Below are positions 62,391 through 64,000 of a DNA stretch of 64,000 nucleotides, in pieces. Made by a program: the position numbers and the translations under genes. Numbering within the stretch: the stretch's first letter is position 1; the number at the start of each line of letters is the position of its first letter. Under the pieces are notes generated by a model. It saw only the letters and a list, made by a program, of their open reading frames with translations. It ran no database searches and was not told the origin of the DNA. Where the stretch lies: contig NC_042999.1 in the NCBI RefSeq assembly GCF_006345805.1, forward strand, positions 44,206,001-44,270,000, written 5' to 3'. Source of the stretch: Octopus sinensis (lineage: Eukaryota).

Positions 62391-63660
62391 CGAGGAGCGT
62401 TCAATAAGTAATGCCCCTGACTCACTTGCAGTTGTTTGATCTAGCTGAAATTTTGCATGTGCACTTATTTATACCTCTATAGATTAAGTGGTGAATTACA
62501 GCTCTGAACTAATTGTGGTTTCTGATTTACAGGTGTTTGAACTGAGTCAAGTGTGAAATGGAGCCTGTTGAGTGTCGAGCAGTGATCTGGTTTTTGTATT
62601 TGAAAGGATGCACACCACGGGAGACTTTTGATGAAATGAAAGTAACTTATGGTGATAATGCCCCATCATATGACCTTGTAAAACGCTGGCATTGTGAATT
62701 CAAACATAGTCGGAACTCTGTGGAAACAGCTCCCAGATCTGGTCGCCCCCTTCTGCCGTTGATGAGACGTCTGTCCGTCAAGTTGAGGCTGCCATTTTGG
62801 AAGGTCAACGCATAACTATTCGCCAAATAGCCCATAAGGTCAAGATTAGTACCGGGTCTGTGGAAACTATCATTCATGACCATTTGCATATGCAAAAGGT
62901 GTCTGCCAGATGGATTTCCAGGTTGCTCACACCTTTCTAGAGGCAAGAATGCGTTGAGTGCTCGAGGATGAATTTGGAGATGTGCCAAGAAGATGAGTCA
63001 AAATTTTTCAAAAGACTGATCACACAGGATAAAACCTGGGTCCATCACTATGATCCATAGACCAAAGCCCAGTCAATGCAGTGAAAGCACCGTGACTCAC
63101 CTCCTCCAAAGAAGGCAAGGGTGCAGCCCTCCGCTGACAAGATTATGCTCACAGTCTTCTGGGACCAGGACGGAGTAGTGATGACAGATTTCCTGGCAAA
63201 GGGTACCACAATTACAGGAGCCTATTATGCTTCACTTTTGAGGAAATTAAGAGAAGCTATCGAAATCAAGAGGCGGGGCAAGATCAGCAAAGGCATCCTC
63301 CTCCTGCAGGACAACGCTCCGGTCCACAACTCGCGTGTCGCCAGATCAGAAGCACAGGCGTGCAGCTATGAACTCCTCCCCTTGCACCCTCTGATTTTCA
63401 CCTCTTCCCAGCCATGAAGTTGATTTTGAAAGGAAAGCGTTTCCCAGATGATGCAGCCTTGATTTCTGAAGTCACGTCATGGTTGGAGGACCAAGCTGGG
63501 GTCTTCTACAAAAACGGTCTCCAGAGCTGTATCAAACGATGGGAGAAATGCATAACTCTGGGTAGTTCCTATGTAGGAAAAGACTAATAACTGTGCCAAG
63601 TGTCGTTGCTCTACTGCTATGGGAAGTGGGTCAGGGGCATTACTTATTGAACGCCCCTCG
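62391..63660 (+). mobile_element. Full-length (~1270 bp) mariner transposon with a decayed transposase (about 62558-63587), probably irritans/Hsmar2-like
   Basis: 37-bp TIRs (62391-62427 and 63624-63660; 2 mismatches) with TA on both flanks. HTH, W(I)SRLL, ITQD, QDNAPVH and LAPSDF motifs. Three stops, frameshifts and loss of HPPYSPD. Confidence 0.95.
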
Positions 63661-64000
63661 TAAGGTACAATGAAAATTATATATTTTCTTCCATTTGAAA
63701 TGCAAAGAATATACATAAATATGTGTGTAGATATATGTTTGTGTGTGTATATGATTTTTTACAAGAATACACAAGAACTTTAACAAGAAAAAGGTCGACA
63801 GTGACTTCAAAGTTTCAGTTTGCTTGTCTTCATCAGGTTATCTGAAGGCAAGCAAGCCAAAAATTCAAAGTCACTGCAATTAATATACGTTTACATTTGA
63901 AGCTGTAAGAACAGCAGAGAAAGATTGGATATTTTTCCAATCTTTGTCTGTTGTTCTTACAGCTTTACTGCATTTGAAATTTACTTATCTGTAAAATACC

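Overview
AT-rich (by eye) animal genomic DNA, almost certainly from an octopus/coleoid cephalopod, judged from its SINE families and repeat landscape. Two complete nuclear genes for mitochondrial proteins lie tail-to-tail. TOMM20 (+ strand) has 5 coding exons at 515-12597 and encodes 151 aa. POLG, the mtDNA polymerase gamma catalytic subunit (- strand), has 22 coding exons at 62099-14048, a 3426-nt CDS and 1141 aa. I assembled both by hand; all introns are GT-AG and every phase is consistent. The introns are packed with tRNA-derived SINEs, RTE-clade LINE 3' ends, TTAA-flanked piggyBac-like MITEs, non-autonomous Helitrons, mariner relics (one full-length, with TIRs) and LTR/gag relics. Points worth following up: (1) POLG replaces the ~55-aa vertebrate fingers-region insert with a 30-nt microexon. 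(2) A genomic Ser (AGC, in the UAG context ADAR prefers) sits where motif B normally has Gly, a candidate A-to-I restorative recoding site. (3) A ~290-bp, ~96% identical inverted duplication brackets two polymerase-domain exons. (4) An intronic CpG-rich LTR-like segment carries a palindromic NRF1/ETS motif cluster. No prokaryote-type system (CRISPR, operon) is present, and I found no wholly new gene system. Most ORF-track entries are repeat-derived noise. Repeat boundaries are approximate, and comparisons to human proteins are from memory.
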